This document shows positions 62,557-64,000 of a DNA stretch of 64,000 nucleotides, in pieces. Every line of letters begins with the position of its first letter. The stretch's first letter is position 1. Below the pieces are notes generated by a model. That model saw nothing but the letters and a program-made list of their open reading frames with translations. It did not search any database and was not told the DNA's origin. Made by a program: the position numbers and the translations under genes. Source of the stretch: Klebsormidium nitens (Eukaryota > Plantae > Klebsormidiophyceae); the NCBI GenBank assembly GCA_000708835.1, contig DF237147.1, positions 1 through 64,000 of the forward strand. Reading direction: 5' to 3'.

Positions 62557-63168
62557 TCACTTTCGTTGGATGTGCTCTCTTTGTTTTTCTGCAGCTTGCA
62601 ATGCTGTAACTACGGAAGGCACTTGTTCAGGACTGCTTGCTCTGCGTTCTGCTTCAATAGCTGTCACCTTGTTATCTGCGCAGAAGTCCAAAGAAACTCT
62701 TGCTCGTTAAAAGTGGGTTGCTCACTTGTTCCCCTTCAATCACTCTCAAACAGGCACAAAGGAAGCTTTTGGTCATTGCAGCGAGTGCTTTAGACTGGGC
62801 AGCCGTGACCTCATGTTTTGAAAACTTTCCCTCATCCTCAGAGTAGTAGATTGATTGCTGACAAATCTGATTTCCGACCATCTCAAGGTATCCTTTGTCC
62901 TGCAGAAGTTCAGCCACAAAACATGGGAGCTGCAACGAAGTTTTGTGATTTGAACCACAAGTGCATCTGTCAGAGCCTCAGTGAGCTGAAGATATGTCAA
63001 AATTTTGATGCATGGCCGCTTACAGAAACCCGTTTTGATCATGAACAGCTCCATCGAAGCCCCCACAACGAAGCACACGGCTGCCAGCTTCGCCTGAAAA
63101 CGCCAATCAATCCCTGATCGTCGCCCCAGGCCATGAACAGCTGTGGCATTGGAGCTCGCAGACATCAT
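62557..63168 (-). CDS. Small single-TM protein, SMIM4/UQCC5 (UPF0640)-like, 2 exons, ~87 aa
   Basis: Exons 63024-63168 and 62557-62675 (GTAAG...GCAG, in phase) give FQAKLAAVCFVVGASMELFMIKTGFYNKVTAIEAERR, the F(V/I)xGAxMExFMIKTGFY pattern of this family. Confidence 0.7.
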
Positions 63169-64000
63169 TCGGCTCCTATCTCGACGTATTGCCACTGTCA
63201 CTATGGTGCGGATTCACTAGCTAGGTCGGCGTTCATTGATGAACTACTGCAGTTTCATCATTGTATGTTCGACGCAAAAACATGGAAACCAAAGATGGAC
63301 TTTTGACTAAGTAGATGATCAACACTTTGGGGATTAGTTACATAGATGACGTTGGCTCTATTCTGTTGTCAGAGAATCAAGGAAGCACTGTCGAATTCAA
63401 GAGAGCTTACACAGCGTCTCCTTTCCGTTTCCTCCAGTTGCTCATCCCCCAAGGATAGCTCTACTTCTGTCAAGTTCTGATGAGATTTGTGCCGGCCAGT
63501 TCCCAACCAGCTTCTGAAAAATACCGCGCGCGCGCGCGCTAAACGTTTGCTACGCACAAAAACCGTCAAGCTTCACCATTTCTGCAACGTTTTTCTAAAC
63601 GTTTGCCGTTTCTGTAATTAGTATACCATTACCGACTGTCGTGCTGCCAAACCATTACCGTTTGTAGGGCCTCAATATAACTTACCCACAGAAGTCTGTA
63701 GTCCTGAGCTGATCGTCCTGAAAGTTGAACAGCGAGCAAGCAGATGGAGTCCTGCATGCTGCCTCCGTGGAGCGACATTTCGGATCGATGTAGGAACATG
63801 TGTTACGCCCTCAGCCGATTTGGATGCTCTACTTAGAACCATGAAGCCAGGGGAGCAGCTGTGCTACACCCGGCTTCTTCACCTCAGCCTGCACGAAGAG
63901 CATGTCGTGTCTCGCAAGCGCTGGCATGCAACCATTGGTCAGCAAGTTGGGGGCCGCAGGAGCAGGAAGATCAGCTGGCTACTGCCGCAGGTGCCCATTG

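Noticed and set aside
63744-64000. Possible 5' end of a plus-strand gene (MKPGEQLCYTRLL...)
   Set aside because: Truncated by the window edge; no recognisable motif.
1-64000. CRISPR arrays, rRNA, telomeric arrays, viral or prokaryotic operons
   Set aside because: No repeat-spacer periodicity, rRNA signatures or telomere runs; all called genes are intron-containing.

Overview
Eukaryotic nuclear DNA with GC-rich exons and many GT-AG introns. The predicted proteins look plant-like, so a streptophyte/green alga (Klebsormidium-like) is inferred, not proven. The window has two compartments. (1) 1-~14.8 kb is a transposon graveyard: dead Ty1/copia RT-RNaseH fragments, six LTR or LTR-like copies (three solo LTRs with perfect 5-bp target-site duplications), a decayed spliced gene and several unidentifiable broken frames. 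(2) ~14.9-64 kb is gene-dense. Eleven spliced genes were reconstructed by hand with consistent exon phases: phosphatidylinositol synthase, G3P permease/SLC37-like MFS, a 7-finger TFIIIA-like protein, patatin-like phospholipase, TPR-RING-LonN (LONRF), an FtsZ homologue, ALDH2, a TrhO/YceA-type rhodanese, Tab2, an UNC93-like MFS and a small SMIM4/UQCC5-like protein. The best novelty candidate is the FtsZ homologue (40050-42228): intact and spliced, but with most GTP-binding and GTPase motifs altered (possible pseudo-GTPase). Also notable are three GC-AG introns sharing the donor CAG|GCAAGC, a ~140-bp foldback between TFIIIA and patatin, and a 712-N gap that appears to be a false gap inside a LONRF exon. 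No rRNA, tRNA or CRISPR array could be supported. Most long ORFs in the six-frame track are antisense or out-of-frame shadows of GC-rich exons. All family assignments are from motif recognition by eye; no searches were run.
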